Under the pieces are notes generated by a model. It was not told the DNA's origin. It ran no database searches and worked only from the letters and a program-made list of their open reading frames with translations. From positions 62,001-126,000 of IMG/VR virus record IMGVR_UViG_3300032293_002041: a stretch of 64,000 nt of DNA; one strand, 5' to 3'. This document shows, piece by piece, positions 45,835-55,135 of the stretch. The translations under genes were made by a program, and so were the position numbers. Numbering within the stretch: position 1 is the first letter of the stretch; the number at the start of each line of letters is the position of its first letter.

Positions 45835-47502
45835 ATGTCATCAAAAAAATTAAAAATTCTCATGTGTTCTGAAGCTAGTTTTTTAAGCTCGGGCTTTGGC
45901 ACCTATGCTAAAGAAATACTTAAAAGACTTCACGCTACTGGAAAATATGAAATAGCTGAATTTGCTTCTTATGGAAAAGTCAACGATCCAAAAGACGTTG
46001 GTATAACATGGAAATATTATGCTAATGCTGTGGACGATAAAGATCCTAGACATAGAGAATATAATAGTTCAGCAGAGAATCAATTTGGTAGATGGAGATT
46101 TGAGCGGGTTCTTTTAGATTTTCAGCCAGACATAGTGTTTGACGTTAGAGACTATTGGATGAATTCTTATCAACAATTTTCTCCATTAAGGCCTTTCTAT
46201 CATTGGATCTTGATGCCGACAGTAGATTCCGCACCACAACAAGAGGAATGGATTGATACGTTTCTTCATGCTGATGCTATATTTACATATTCTGATTTTG
46301 GTAGAGATACAGTATTACAACAAAGTAATAATAAGATCAAATATATAAATACTACTTCTCCAGGTGTAGATTTACAAACATTTAATTTGATTGGAGATAA
46401 AAAATCAATTAAACAAGCTTTTGGACTAAAAGATGATTCATTTATTATTGGATCTATCATGAGAAATCAAAAACGTAAGCTTATGCCTGAGTTGTTTGTT
46501 TCTCTAAAAAAGCTTTTAGAAAAGTTTGAGCAAGAGGATGATCCAAGAGGGAAGAATACCTACTTGTATCTTCACACGAGTTATCCCGATGCCGGTTGGG
46601 ATATGCCGCAATTACTCAAAGAATATAAAGTTGGTAACAGGGTTCTGTTTACCTACAGCTGCAAGAATTGTTCGTACTTTGCTCCATGCCTATACCAGCA
46701 TCCTGTTAGTTTTTGCCCAAGATGTGGCCAAAAAGCTTTCTCTATGCCGAACGTTAGCTCTGGTGTAACTTCGCAAGTTTTATCGACTATTATTAATTCT
46801 TTTGATATATATGTTCAGTATGCTATTTGTGAAGGTTTTGGTATGCCTCAAGTAGAAGCCGGAGCATGTGGTGTCCCTGTTGCATCAGTTGATTATAGTG
46901 CAATGAACGATGTGGTCAGAAAGTTAAATGGCTATCCAATTAAGATTGGTCAATATTTTAAAGAACTAGAGACCAAGGCTATTAGGGTATATCCCGATAA
47001 CGAACATTTAGTTCAAATATTATATGATTTTAGCAAATTGCCAGAGTTTTTATTGGAACAAAAACGATTTGAGACAAGAAAACTAACTGAACAATATTAT
47101 AACTGGGATCATATAGCTAATAAATGGGAAGAGTATTTTGATTCTGTAAAGTTAACAGGTCTGCAAGGCAAATGGCAAGAAAATCTATTAACACTAAATA
47201 CCATAAAAGAATTACCACAAGGTAATAGTCCATATGATATTTTAACAAATGTAGTGTCTAAGCATTTACCAAATCATCAAATAGCTTCGTCTATAATTCT
47301 ATTGAATATGATTAAAGATTTGGATTATGGTTTTACTATTAATGGGATGCATACAGAACCATATAATATATCTAAAGCTATTGATGTTCTTAATAATATC
47401 ATATCTAATAATAATCTAGCCCAAAATGCAAAGAATGATTTCAAACAACTAAGAAATGAAGATTTCATAGAATATGCTAATATGAAAGAAAAACTACAAT
47501 GA
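45835..47502 (+). CDS. Glycosyltransferase GT4-like with inserted zinc ribbon
   Basis: SGFG, PGVD, RNQKRK, CKNC...CPRCG, EGFGMPQVEAGACG. Confidence 0.85.
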   Translation: MSSKKLKILMCSEASFLSSGFGTYAKEILKRLHATGKYEIAEFASYGKVNDPKDVGITWKYYANAVDDKDPRHREYNSSAENQFGRWRFERVLLDFQPDIVFDVRDYWMNSYQQFSPLRPFYHWILMPTVDSAPQQEEWIDTFLHADAIFTYSDFGRDTVLQQSNNKIKYINTTSPGVDLQTFNLIGDKKSIKQAFGLKDDSFIIGSIMRNQKRKLMPELFVSLKKLLEKFEQEDDPRGKNTYLYLHTSYPDAGWDMPQLLKEYKVGNRVLFTYSCKNCSYFAPCLYQHPVSFCPRCGQKAFSMPNVSSGVTSQVLSTIINSFDIYVQYAICEGFGMPQVEAGACGVPVASVDYSAMNDVVRKLNGYPIKIGQYFKELETKAIRVYPDNEHLVQILYDFSKLPEFLLEQKRFETRKLTEQYYNWDHIANKWEEYFDSVKLTGLQGKWQENLLTLNTIKELPQGNSPYDILTNVVSKHLPNHQIASSIILLNMIKDLDYGFTINGMHTEPYNISKAIDVLNNIISNNNLAQNAKNDFKQLRNEDFIEYANMKEKLQ

Positions 47503-48623
47503 GCGTACTTTTTATAGGACCATATAGACAGCAAGATGGATGGGGAATGGCGGCGCAGAGCTATATCAAGGCTGTTGCCACACAAGTAAGAGAATTAACA
47601 AGTAGACCAATCTTTTTGGCTGGCAATGGATCAAATCAATTAGATAATGATATTCTTGGATATGAAAATTCATTTTATCATAACTATGATATTGTGATAC
47701 AAAAAACTCTTCCGCACTGCTTGTTTTATGACGGTAGATTTAAGAAAAATATTGGATTATTCATGCTAGAGACCAATAATATTTCAAATTCAATATGTGT
47801 TCAAACCGTCAATCAAATGGATGAGGTATGGGTTCCAAGTGAGCAAGAAAAAAAATGTTTGATAAAGTCTGGAATAACAAAGCCAATAAAGGCAATTTCG
47901 CAACCACTAGATATTGAAACCTTAAATAAAAATTTAAGCTATAAAATCGACTTTAATCCCGTAGTGAATAGAACCTTCAAGTTCTATTTTATCGGAGAGT
48001 ATGTAGAACGTAAAAATATTAAAGATTTAATTACCGCATTTCATTTGGCCTTCGATATCAATCAGCCAGTATCACTAATCCTAAAAACTAGTATCCCAGG
48101 AATGTCGTCAGGCGAATCGTTAAAAATTATTGAAAAAGATCTGAATGAAGTTAAACAAAAATTAAACATCTCTCAACGATATAAAAAAGAAATTATCATC
48201 ACAGAAAAACTACCATATACAGATATTATTGGACTACACAATGCTTGTGATTGTTTAATATCTCCGTCTTATGGTGAGTCTTTTTGTAGACCAGTAGCTG
48301 AGGCCTTATGCTTAGGTAAAACTCCTATTGTCACAGATAATACGGGTATGATAGATTACATTAATAATAATAATGGTTTTATTGTTAATAGTCATAAAAC
48401 ACCAGTAGTTATAGACCAAAGAACACTATCTAAAGATTTTGATATCTATAATGCTAATGAATTCTGGTATAAAATTAATCTTTACGACTTAATAGAGAAA
48501 ATGAAAACGGTTTATCAGATGCATAAAGAAAACAGAAAAAAATTAGAAGAAAAAAGAGCTATTGGTCTCTCAAGTACAGAGCAATTTAGTTATACTACAA
48601 TAGGAAAGAAATTATGTATTTAA
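47499..48623 (+). CDS. Glycosyltransferase GT4-like (paralog of 1511..2569)
   Basis: GWGMAA, WVPS, IGEYVERK, PSYGESFCRPVAEA (EX7E). Confidence 0.82.
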   Translation: MSVLFIGPYRQQDGWGMAAQSYIKAVATQVRELTSRPIFLAGNGSNQLDNDILGYENSFYHNYDIVIQKTLPHCLFYDGRFKKNIGLFMLETNNISNSICVQTVNQMDEVWVPSEQEKKCLIKSGITKPIKAISQPLDIETLNKNLSYKIDFNPVVNRTFKFYFIGEYVERKNIKDLITAFHLAFDINQPVSLILKTSIPGMSSGESLKIIEKDLNEVKQKLNISQRYKKEIIITEKLPYTDIIGLHNACDCLISPSYGESFCRPVAEALCLGKTPIVTDNTGMIDYINNNNGFIVNSHKTPVVIDQRTLSKDFDIYNANEFWYKINLYDLIEKMKTVYQMHKENRKKLEEKRAIGLSSTEQFSYTTIGKKLCI

Positions 48624-49534
48624 GTTTTATAACTGGAAATATATTACAAAAATTCTGTAAAGATCATTACAATGTAGTTTATTATCCTCAGAATAATTTA
48701 TTTGATATTATGCTTATGAGCATACAACAGCACAACTATTACATTTTTGGTGAAAATAACAAAGATTATAATATGCCCAATGTAATAGACTTACCTCCCA
48801 GCTATATTAGATTATATAACTACAATCTTTGCTGCACCAACAATATTATTGGATTCACCTCAAACAATCTTAAGCAATTTCATCTCAATACATTAATTTT
48901 TACTCATTCATATAAGCCACCTTACATTAAAAAAGAAGACGCTTTATTAATGAGCCAAAGACTTGAAAGAGAAACCAAAATATTCTTTACCGAAAATGCA
49001 AAACAGTCATGGAATCTACAGGGTGGTTCGATAGTGATGAAATACGGAATCCCCGCTGATTTTAAGATTATCAAATCTCCATCTGATAGAAAAGATATCC
49101 TCATACTTAATACGGAAAACCTCCCCTATAATCAACAACTATATCAAGCAATTACATCAAAAGGATACTCTTGTGATATCGTTAATTCTATAACAAATAA
49201 CTCAAAAACTATTAATGATCAATTTAATGAATACAAAATATGTATTGATTTAGCCGAACATAACGTAGCAAATTTATTATGTGCGATATCTTCAGGATGT
49301 GTTGGAGTATCTATAAAAACGCCTATGTTGATGAATGAATACAATATTCCAGGACTAATTTTAGTAGATTCTATCAATGGTCTTTTAGAAAGTATTAATG
49401 ATCTACTAACAATTCCCGATACTGAAAAAGAAGGTTTTTCTGCTGAAGCTAATAGTGTTTTTAATTTCAACACATTTTCAAAAAATATAGATGGTTTAAT
49501 GCTCAAAGCTAATATGGAGGCTTTTATACTATGA
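48614..49534 (+). CDS. Divergent GT-B-like protein
   Basis: YGIP and LLCAISSGC resemble the GT4 C-terminal domain but lack EX7E. Confidence 0.45.
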   Translation: MYLSFITGNILQKFCKDHYNVVYYPQNNLFDIMLMSIQQHNYYIFGENNKDYNMPNVIDLPPSYIRLYNYNLCCTNNIIGFTSNNLKQFHLNTLIFTHSYKPPYIKKEDALLMSQRLERETKIFFTENAKQSWNLQGGSIVMKYGIPADFKIIKSPSDRKDILILNTENLPYNQQLYQAITSKGYSCDIVNSITNNSKTINDQFNEYKICIDLAEHNVANLLCAISSGCVGVSIKTPMLMNEYNIPGLILVDSINGLLESINDLLTIPDTEKEGFSAEANSVFNFNTFSKNIDGLMLKANMEAFIL

Positions 49535-49944
49535 TACAGCAAGTTAATATGGTTATAGATAAAGAAGATTTCGTAGTCGGATATAATAATATTGGTGTCG
49601 ATAAACTTACACAATTAACAAATGGTTATGTTAACTCAATAGTATGTAATTGTGTTGATAAGATTTCTGAAGATACCAGAAATAGTCTATTTATGGAAAT
49701 GCTAAAAAAACTTAATCATGGTGGTCAATTAACAGTCAGATTTTTAAATCCTATACTGGTGTGCAACAAGGTCAAAAATGGTTTTGTGGATGGTATGGGT
49801 TTTTCAAAAATGGTCGATGGACTACGCTCCTCATGGACTGAGCCAGATTTTCTAGCTTTAATTTCTCAACTTAACGGATATAGTCTTATCAAGATGTATA
49901 GTGAAAATATCCATACTATTGCAGTGATTGAAAAGAATAAATGA
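49531..49944 (+). CDS. Truncated/divergent methyltransferase-like protein
   Basis: KKLNHGGQLTV resembles class I MTase LKPGG; no glycine-rich motif I. Confidence 0.4.
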   Translation: MIQQVNMVIDKEDFVVGYNNIGVDKLTQLTNGYVNSIVCNCVDKISEDTRNSLFMEMLKKLNHGGQLTVRFLNPILVCNKVKNGFVDGMGFSKMVDGLRSSWTEPDFLALISQLNGYSLIKMYSENIHTIAVIEKNK

Positions 49945-50639
49945 GTAAGGTAGCTTGTTTTATTCTATCCTATGAAATTACTAAAGGCATGAAGTCATTT
50001 GGCCCAATAGGACTGTTAAAGGCGAATGCTTCTGCTAGGGAACTAATTTTATGTCAAATTGATAGCTTATACAAAATATTTGATAATCCAGATATATTTA
50101 TTGTTTCCGGTTTTGGATCAGAAAAACTAGATAAAAAACTACCAGAAAAAATTAGTACAATAGTGAATTCTGAATACGAAAATAAAAATCATGGATATGC
50201 ATTAAAACTCATATTGTCAAAAATAGATATAGGAAAATATTCTGGTTGTTTTATTGTGAATGGCGGTACTCTAATAAAAAATAGTGGATCAAAAAATACC
50301 AAACTACCATTTAACAATTCATGGATATTATCACAAAAAAATAAAAAACACCCATCAAGAACAAAATACATGGGCGCTGTTACAAATGAACGAGGCAATC
50401 TAGACTATATCTTCTATGATATAGGAGATCATGTCTGGTGTGGCTCGTTTTATTTATGTAAACAAGATATTACTAAATTAAAGTTATCAATTAATTCATT
50501 TTACGATAATATGTTTTTATTTGAGATAATTAATAGGTCTATTTCAAGCCATCAAATACAATTTAGTCAAGTTGTATTTCCGCCAGAATCCATTAGTATT
50601 ATTACAGGAATGAAAGATAAATACAAGATAAAAGAATAA
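49941..50639 (+). CDS. Divergent sugar-phosphate nucleotidyltransferase (LicC/GlmU-like)
   Basis: KGMKSFGPIGLL, IFIVSGF, IVNSEYENKN follow the NTP_transferase layout; GxGxR, PK and the Asp residues are lost. Confidence 0.5.
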   Translation: MSKVACFILSYEITKGMKSFGPIGLLKANASARELILCQIDSLYKIFDNPDIFIVSGFGSEKLDKKLPEKISTIVNSEYENKNHGYALKLILSKIDIGKYSGCFIVNGGTLIKNSGSKNTKLPFNNSWILSQKNKKHPSRTKYMGAVTNERGNLDYIFYDIGDHVWCGSFYLCKQDITKLKLSINSFYDNMFLFEIINRSISSHQIQFSQVVFPPESISIITGMKDKYKIKE

Positions 50640-50642
50640 ATT

Positions 50643-51425
50643 ATGCAAAAAATATTAATACACATTTGCGGCCACTCAGAGTATCAGTCTTTTGTTAAAA
50701 CTTTCTACGACAATGAAAGTGACGATATTCAATTAATGAGTACTAATGTCCATGGTAATCTATTGGAAATATATTATCAAACTAAGCCAGAGTTTGTAAT
50801 ACTTCCAGTGAATGAGTATACTCAAGAATTTCATGATTTCATAGTTGAGTATCATAAAAACACCAAAATAGTATTATATCTCAATAGTAACACTGATAAC
50901 AATGGTATTTTTAAATTTTGGAATGATCACAACGTAACACTAATAGGAAGATCTTCCTACTTCACAGAAGATAATGATGTTGGACTATGGATCAAATATG
51001 ATGCTCTCTATGATGATACCATATATAATAGGACAGATAGTAGTAGAAATGATAAAATTGCTGTAATTTTATCCTCTAACGATACCAAGAGCGCTCTACT
51101 CCTCGGCTCTCTATTGTATCCAATGTCTTTAGAAAAACTAGTATTGTTTAATTCAGCAACATATAAACATGCACAAAATGTTGGAGTATTGAATCCAGCT
51201 GATACTTGTGTTATATTTAATACATATAAAGCCTTAATAGATATTGATGATAATTTTAAACTAGAAGCACAAATATGTGGTATTGATAACCTATCAACAG
51301 AAGGCGATCTACTCGCTAACATAAAAGAAAATAATAGAAAAGATACTATAGAGAATGCGAATAAGCTTTCTTACACTAATTTTTTCAAAGAAATATTCTC
51401 ACCAAAAATCTTAAGGAAAATATAA
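50643..51425 (+). CDS. Hypothetical (possibly divergent GT-B) protein
   Basis: In the glycan operon; LEAQICG resembles GT4 lEA.acG. Confidence 0.4.
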   Translation: MQKILIHICGHSEYQSFVKTFYDNESDDIQLMSTNVHGNLLEIYYQTKPEFVILPVNEYTQEFHDFIVEYHKNTKIVLYLNSNTDNNGIFKFWNDHNVTLIGRSSYFTEDNDVGLWIKYDALYDDTIYNRTDSSRNDKIAVILSSNDTKSALLLGSLLYPMSLEKLVLFNSATYKHAQNVGVLNPADTCVIFNTYKALIDIDDNFKLEAQICGIDNLSTEGDLLANIKENNRKDTIENANKLSYTNFFKEIFSPKILRKI

Positions 51426-51892
51426 TGGATATAGGTTTTTATTTACTAGATGTAGATGCAAAAAATTCTTTACAGACTAAAATTTTAACCGCAGTTAATC
51501 AGCTGTGTGAAGACCGTCCCTATGACAACATAATAGTATTTAATAATCAATTTAATAGGTTAGATCATAGACACAAATATTATATGCTTCATATACAACA
51601 AGCTAAATATTTCGATGGTATCCTATTTGTTTTTGATACTAAAAGTGCTATGCTTACACAAACATTTCCTTCTCCTAAAAAACAGATTATGTTCATGTCA
51701 GAACCAGAATGGGCAATCAACCCTGCTTTACCATACGGATTTTGGTATAATATCTATATGAAGCCGCAAATTGAACTACTTACGGATAAAAAAGAAACCC
51801 ACGATATAATTGATATTTGTTGGAAAAAACCAATAGGGCTAATACCAGAAATTAATAGCAAGGAATTACAGAATGTCATCTCTAAACTATAA
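51425..51892 (+). CDS. Hypothetical protein
   Basis: Coupled ORF. Confidence 0.6.
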   Translation: MDIGFYLLDVDAKNSLQTKILTAVNQLCEDRPYDNIIVFNNQFNRLDHRHKYYMLHIQQAKYFDGILFVFDTKSAMLTQTFPSPKKQIMFMSEPEWAINPALPYGFWYNIYMKPQIELLTDKKETHDIIDICWKKPIGLIPEINSKELQNVISKL

Positions 51893-52661
51893 ATCTCTTA
51901 ATGACAATCAAAAACTAGATATTTTGAAGAAACTATATGTACAAGAAAAACTTAGTTTTCAAGATATCGCGTCCAAGTTTGATACTTATGCCAATCAAAT
52001 TCGCAGAGATGCCAAAAGACTGAACATTAAAATCAGAAATAAGAGTGATGCTCAAAAAAATGCTCTTAAAACTGGTAAGCATAAGCATCCAACAAAAGGA
52101 TCTCAAAGATCTACAGAAACTAAAGAAAAAATTGGTAAAGCAGTAATGACCTCTTGGGATGGATTAACCGAAAAAGAGCTTAAGCAGAGACAAGACAAGA
52201 GTAGAGCTTTATGGGAGAGCATGGATAATGATGTTAAGGAGAATATTCTAAAATCCGCTAATGCTGCTGCTAGATTAAGCAGTAAAACCGGATCAAAGTT
52301 GGAAAAATTTTTATTGAATAGACTGCTCAAAGATGGCTATTCTGTTGATTTTCATAAGGAGCAAGTCTTATCAAATACAAAGTTGCAGATTGATCTTTTT
52401 CTTCCTAGTATGAATGTGGCTATCGAAGTTGACGGACCATCTCACTTCTCTCCAATTTGGGGAGATGATGCTCTGGCAAAAAATAAAAAATATGACGAGA
52501 AAAAGAATGGCTTGCTTATTGGTAAAGGTGTTGCACTCATACGGATCAAGCAAAAAAAGGATTTTTCAAACGCTAGAGGCAATTTAATATATGATCAATT
52601 ATTGGATCTATTAAAAACACAAAGTTATAAAACAAATAGTATCATAGAAATAGAGGACTAA
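51873..52661 (+). CDS. Putative homing endonuclease (HTH + NUMOD3-like + Vsr/DUF559)
   Basis: LSFQDIASKF HTH; KGSQRSTETKEKIG (NUMOD3-like); SKLE...IDLFLP..AIEVDGPSH. Confidence 0.65.
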   Translation: MSSLNYKSLNDNQKLDILKKLYVQEKLSFQDIASKFDTYANQIRRDAKRLNIKIRNKSDAQKNALKTGKHKHPTKGSQRSTETKEKIGKAVMTSWDGLTEKELKQRQDKSRALWESMDNDVKENILKSANAAARLSSKTGSKLEKFLLNRLLKDGYSVDFHKEQVLSNTKLQIDLFLPSMNVAIEVDGPSHFSPIWGDDALAKNKKYDEKKNGLLIGKGVALIRIKQKKDFSNARGNLIYDQLLDLLKTQSYKTNSIIEIED

Positions 52662-53384
52662 ATGATGGTTAAGGAAAAAAAGACATCTGTTGAATCAAAA
52701 GAGGAAGTGGTTGAGGTTACCAAATTAAATCCTAATGATATTGGATGGACCGACCATGTTTTAAGTTTATTGTCTGATGATGAAAAAATAGCCGGTAATC
52801 CTACCACAGATGGCTTGAGACGCATTTTTGAAATTGCTCTAAATTGTGATCTAATTGAATCAACTAGCGACGTTACCCAAGTTCCTACTCCGGAGAACGA
52901 AAAGAGGGCTACAGTTGTCCATAGGCTGTCTTATTTTTTAAAGGATGAGACACTACAGCAAGAATCTAAATTCAGGACTGTCAGCGGCTCTGCGGACGTT
53001 TATTGGGGTAATTGCGACAAGACATATCGTAACCATCCTACCGCTGTTGCAGAAACACGAGCAGAGGGTAGGGCTTTAAGGCGAGCACTCAAGCTTAGAA
53101 AAGTTGTTGCCGCTGAAGAAATTGCTAAAGATATCGAGGATCATCCCGACGAAAACTCAGTATCTAAAATTAGTGTTAATCAAATAAACTTTATAGATGT
53201 AATTGCCCAAAGGCTGAATATTAATGTGATTCTATTAATAAGTCAGCTTGCAATAACTGAAAGTAACATATATAATATATCTCATGAGAACGCAGTGAGT
53301 ATAATAAAGCAACTCACCGCATATCAGCAAGATATGAATAAAATTCCTTCAGATTTATTAGGCTATCAAGCAAACTGGAAATAA
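52662..53384 (+). CDS. Putative single-strand annealing protein (Rad52/Sak-like)
   Basis: GSAD...AVAETRAEGRALRRAL...AEE resembles a phage SSAP helix motif. Confidence 0.4.
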   Translation: MMVKEKKTSVESKEEVVEVTKLNPNDIGWTDHVLSLLSDDEKIAGNPTTDGLRRIFEIALNCDLIESTSDVTQVPTPENEKRATVVHRLSYFLKDETLQQESKFRTVSGSADVYWGNCDKTYRNHPTAVAETRAEGRALRRALKLRKVVAAEEIAKDIEDHPDENSVSKISVNQINFIDVIAQRLNINVILLISQLAITESNIYNISHENAVSIIKQLTAYQQDMNKIPSDLLGYQANWK

Positions 53385-53386
53385 CT

Positions 53387-53719
53387 ATGAAAGCAACATA
53401 CAAGGCTAATGAAAGATTGTCATTTGAACTAGAGGGTGCTGGACAAAAGGAAATCTTTAAAGAGTTAGCTTTGATTCAGGAAATCTTTTCTGAAGAAAAA
53501 TGTGGCTTATGCGGCAAGTCTAATTTAAAATTTATAGTAAGAAATGTTGACGGCAATGACTATTATGAATTAAGATGTAATGATTGCGGTGCGGTGTTGG
53601 CTTTTGGCCAGCATAAAAAGGGCGGTACGCTCTTCCCACGACGTAAGGATGAAGAAAACAATTGGTTACCGAATAATGGTTGGCACAAATGGCAGAAAAA
53701 TCAGGCAGACAAAACCTAG
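53387..53719 (+). CDS. Zinc-finger hypothetical protein
   Basis: CGLCG...CNDCG. Confidence 0.6.
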   Translation: MKATYKANERLSFELEGAGQKEIFKELALIQEIFSEEKCGLCGKSNLKFIVRNVDGNDYYELRCNDCGAVLAFGQHKKGGTLFPRRKDEENNWLPNNGWHKWQKNQADKT

Positions 53720-54669
53720 TAACACAAGAGAAACTAGATAGTATAGTAAATACACTATATGAGTCTGGAGTACCACACAGTACGATATTTCATACTGTTG
53801 TATTATTGGTATTAGCATTAACTTATTCTGAAGACCTAACACACAAGCCGATTCAAATAAGTTTCTCCTTCAGTTCCATTTCGGCTGCTCCGGACATGGA
53901 GACAGATAGCATAAAGCTATTAGACGAACAACCAGGAAAAGAAGAAGTTAGTGATCTCAAAAATAAAGAGTCCGAAATTTTATCAGAAATTATTGAAAAG
54001 GAGATAACGGAAGAAAGCGTTGTTTCTATTGATGAATATGTTGATGTTATTAACCAGCCCAATAATACTGATAAATTATTACCAACAGATTTAGATCTTA
54101 ATCAAATCATTCCCGTAAAACATACAGAAAAGCATACAAATAGACAGAATGCTGACAGATCTCCCAGCGATATTATCGGAGAAATAGCAAGATCCTTGCC
54201 AAAACCAGGTCAATTCGCTCAATCAGACGGAAGTGTTGGCCTGTCAACACAAAGAGAAATAGGAAGAAGACTATCTAAGGCTGGAGCTAAGTCCGGAGAC
54301 GTTCAGATATCAATAGCCTGGAATACTAGAGACGACATAGATCTTCATGTTTATACAAGACTTAGTAATGGTGAAGTTTCTACAATTTCATGGTCCAATA
54401 GAGTTGGGGCCAACGGAGGAATGTTGGATGTTGACATGAATGCCAATTTTGCAAATCTTGTAGATGATCCTGTAGAAAATATTTTTTGGGCCAAAGGATT
54501 TGCTCCGAATGCAGAATATTATGTCGGAGTTCATCATTTCAGAAGTTGGTCAAGAAATGCTTCTGTTCCGGTGTCAGTGATTGTTAAGGTTGATCAAAAT
54601 ACTCAAACATTTAATGTTAATGTATCTAATGGGCAACCATTATTAGAAGTTACTAGATTTAGACGATAG
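53680..54669 (+). CDS. Membrane-anchored YfaP/DUF2135-like protein
   Basis: TM STIFHTVVLLVLAL, acidic linker, then GDVQISIAW..DDIDLHV...GGMLDVDMN...PVENIFW. Confidence 0.65.
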   Translation: MAQMAEKSGRQNLVTQEKLDSIVNTLYESGVPHSTIFHTVVLLVLALTYSEDLTHKPIQISFSFSSISAAPDMETDSIKLLDEQPGKEEVSDLKNKESEILSEIIEKEITEESVVSIDEYVDVINQPNNTDKLLPTDLDLNQIIPVKHTEKHTNRQNADRSPSDIIGEIARSLPKPGQFAQSDGSVGLSTQREIGRRLSKAGAKSGDVQISIAWNTRDDIDLHVYTRLSNGEVSTISWSNRVGANGGMLDVDMNANFANLVDDPVENIFWAKGFAPNAEYYVGVHHFRSWSRNASVPVSVIVKVDQNTQTFNVNVSNGQPLLEVTRFRR

Positions 54670-55135
54670 GTCCCCACTTATCAGCCGGACACTTTTGATC
54701 TTTGTGCGCCAATTTATTTTGATGATTTGCTTCTCTAATAACAGTACATCCGCACAATAAACAAGAACTATTTTGAAAATATTCACAAGAATTACATACG
54801 CTTAGTCTTTGTTCTATTTGTTCAGCAGAGCAGAGGTTATCTGGATTGTCATTATTTTGAGCTTTTAAGTATTGCTGTTTTGTATTGTCTGCAATTTTAT
54901 TTAGGATAACATCAGACATATTCTGATTCTCTGAAAGATGTTCTACTGAAGATTCTTGTCCTCTATGAACCTGTTGAATCTTATTAGTAATATCTTCCAT
55001 TTTTTTAAAGCATAAAATTTTGGTATCCGGTATTTCAAGACCAACGGTTAAGCCACAATAATTACATTTATACAGTGGCTTATCGTTAAAGAATGTATTT
55101 AATGGCTGAAGATCACAGTAGCTGGAGTTATGCAT
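54659..55135 (-). CDS. Cys-rich zinc-binding hypothetical protein
   Basis: ATG 55135; CNYCG, RLSVCNSC...CLLCGC...CPADKW. Confidence 0.65.
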   Translation of the reverse strand: MHNSSYCDLQPLNTFFNDKPLYKCNYCGLTVGLEIPDTKILCFKKMEDITNKIQQVHRGQESSVEHLSENQNMSDVILNKIADNTKQQYLKAQNNDNPDNLCSAEQIEQRLSVCNSCEYFQNSSCLLCGCTVIREANHQNKLAHKDQKCPADKWGPIV

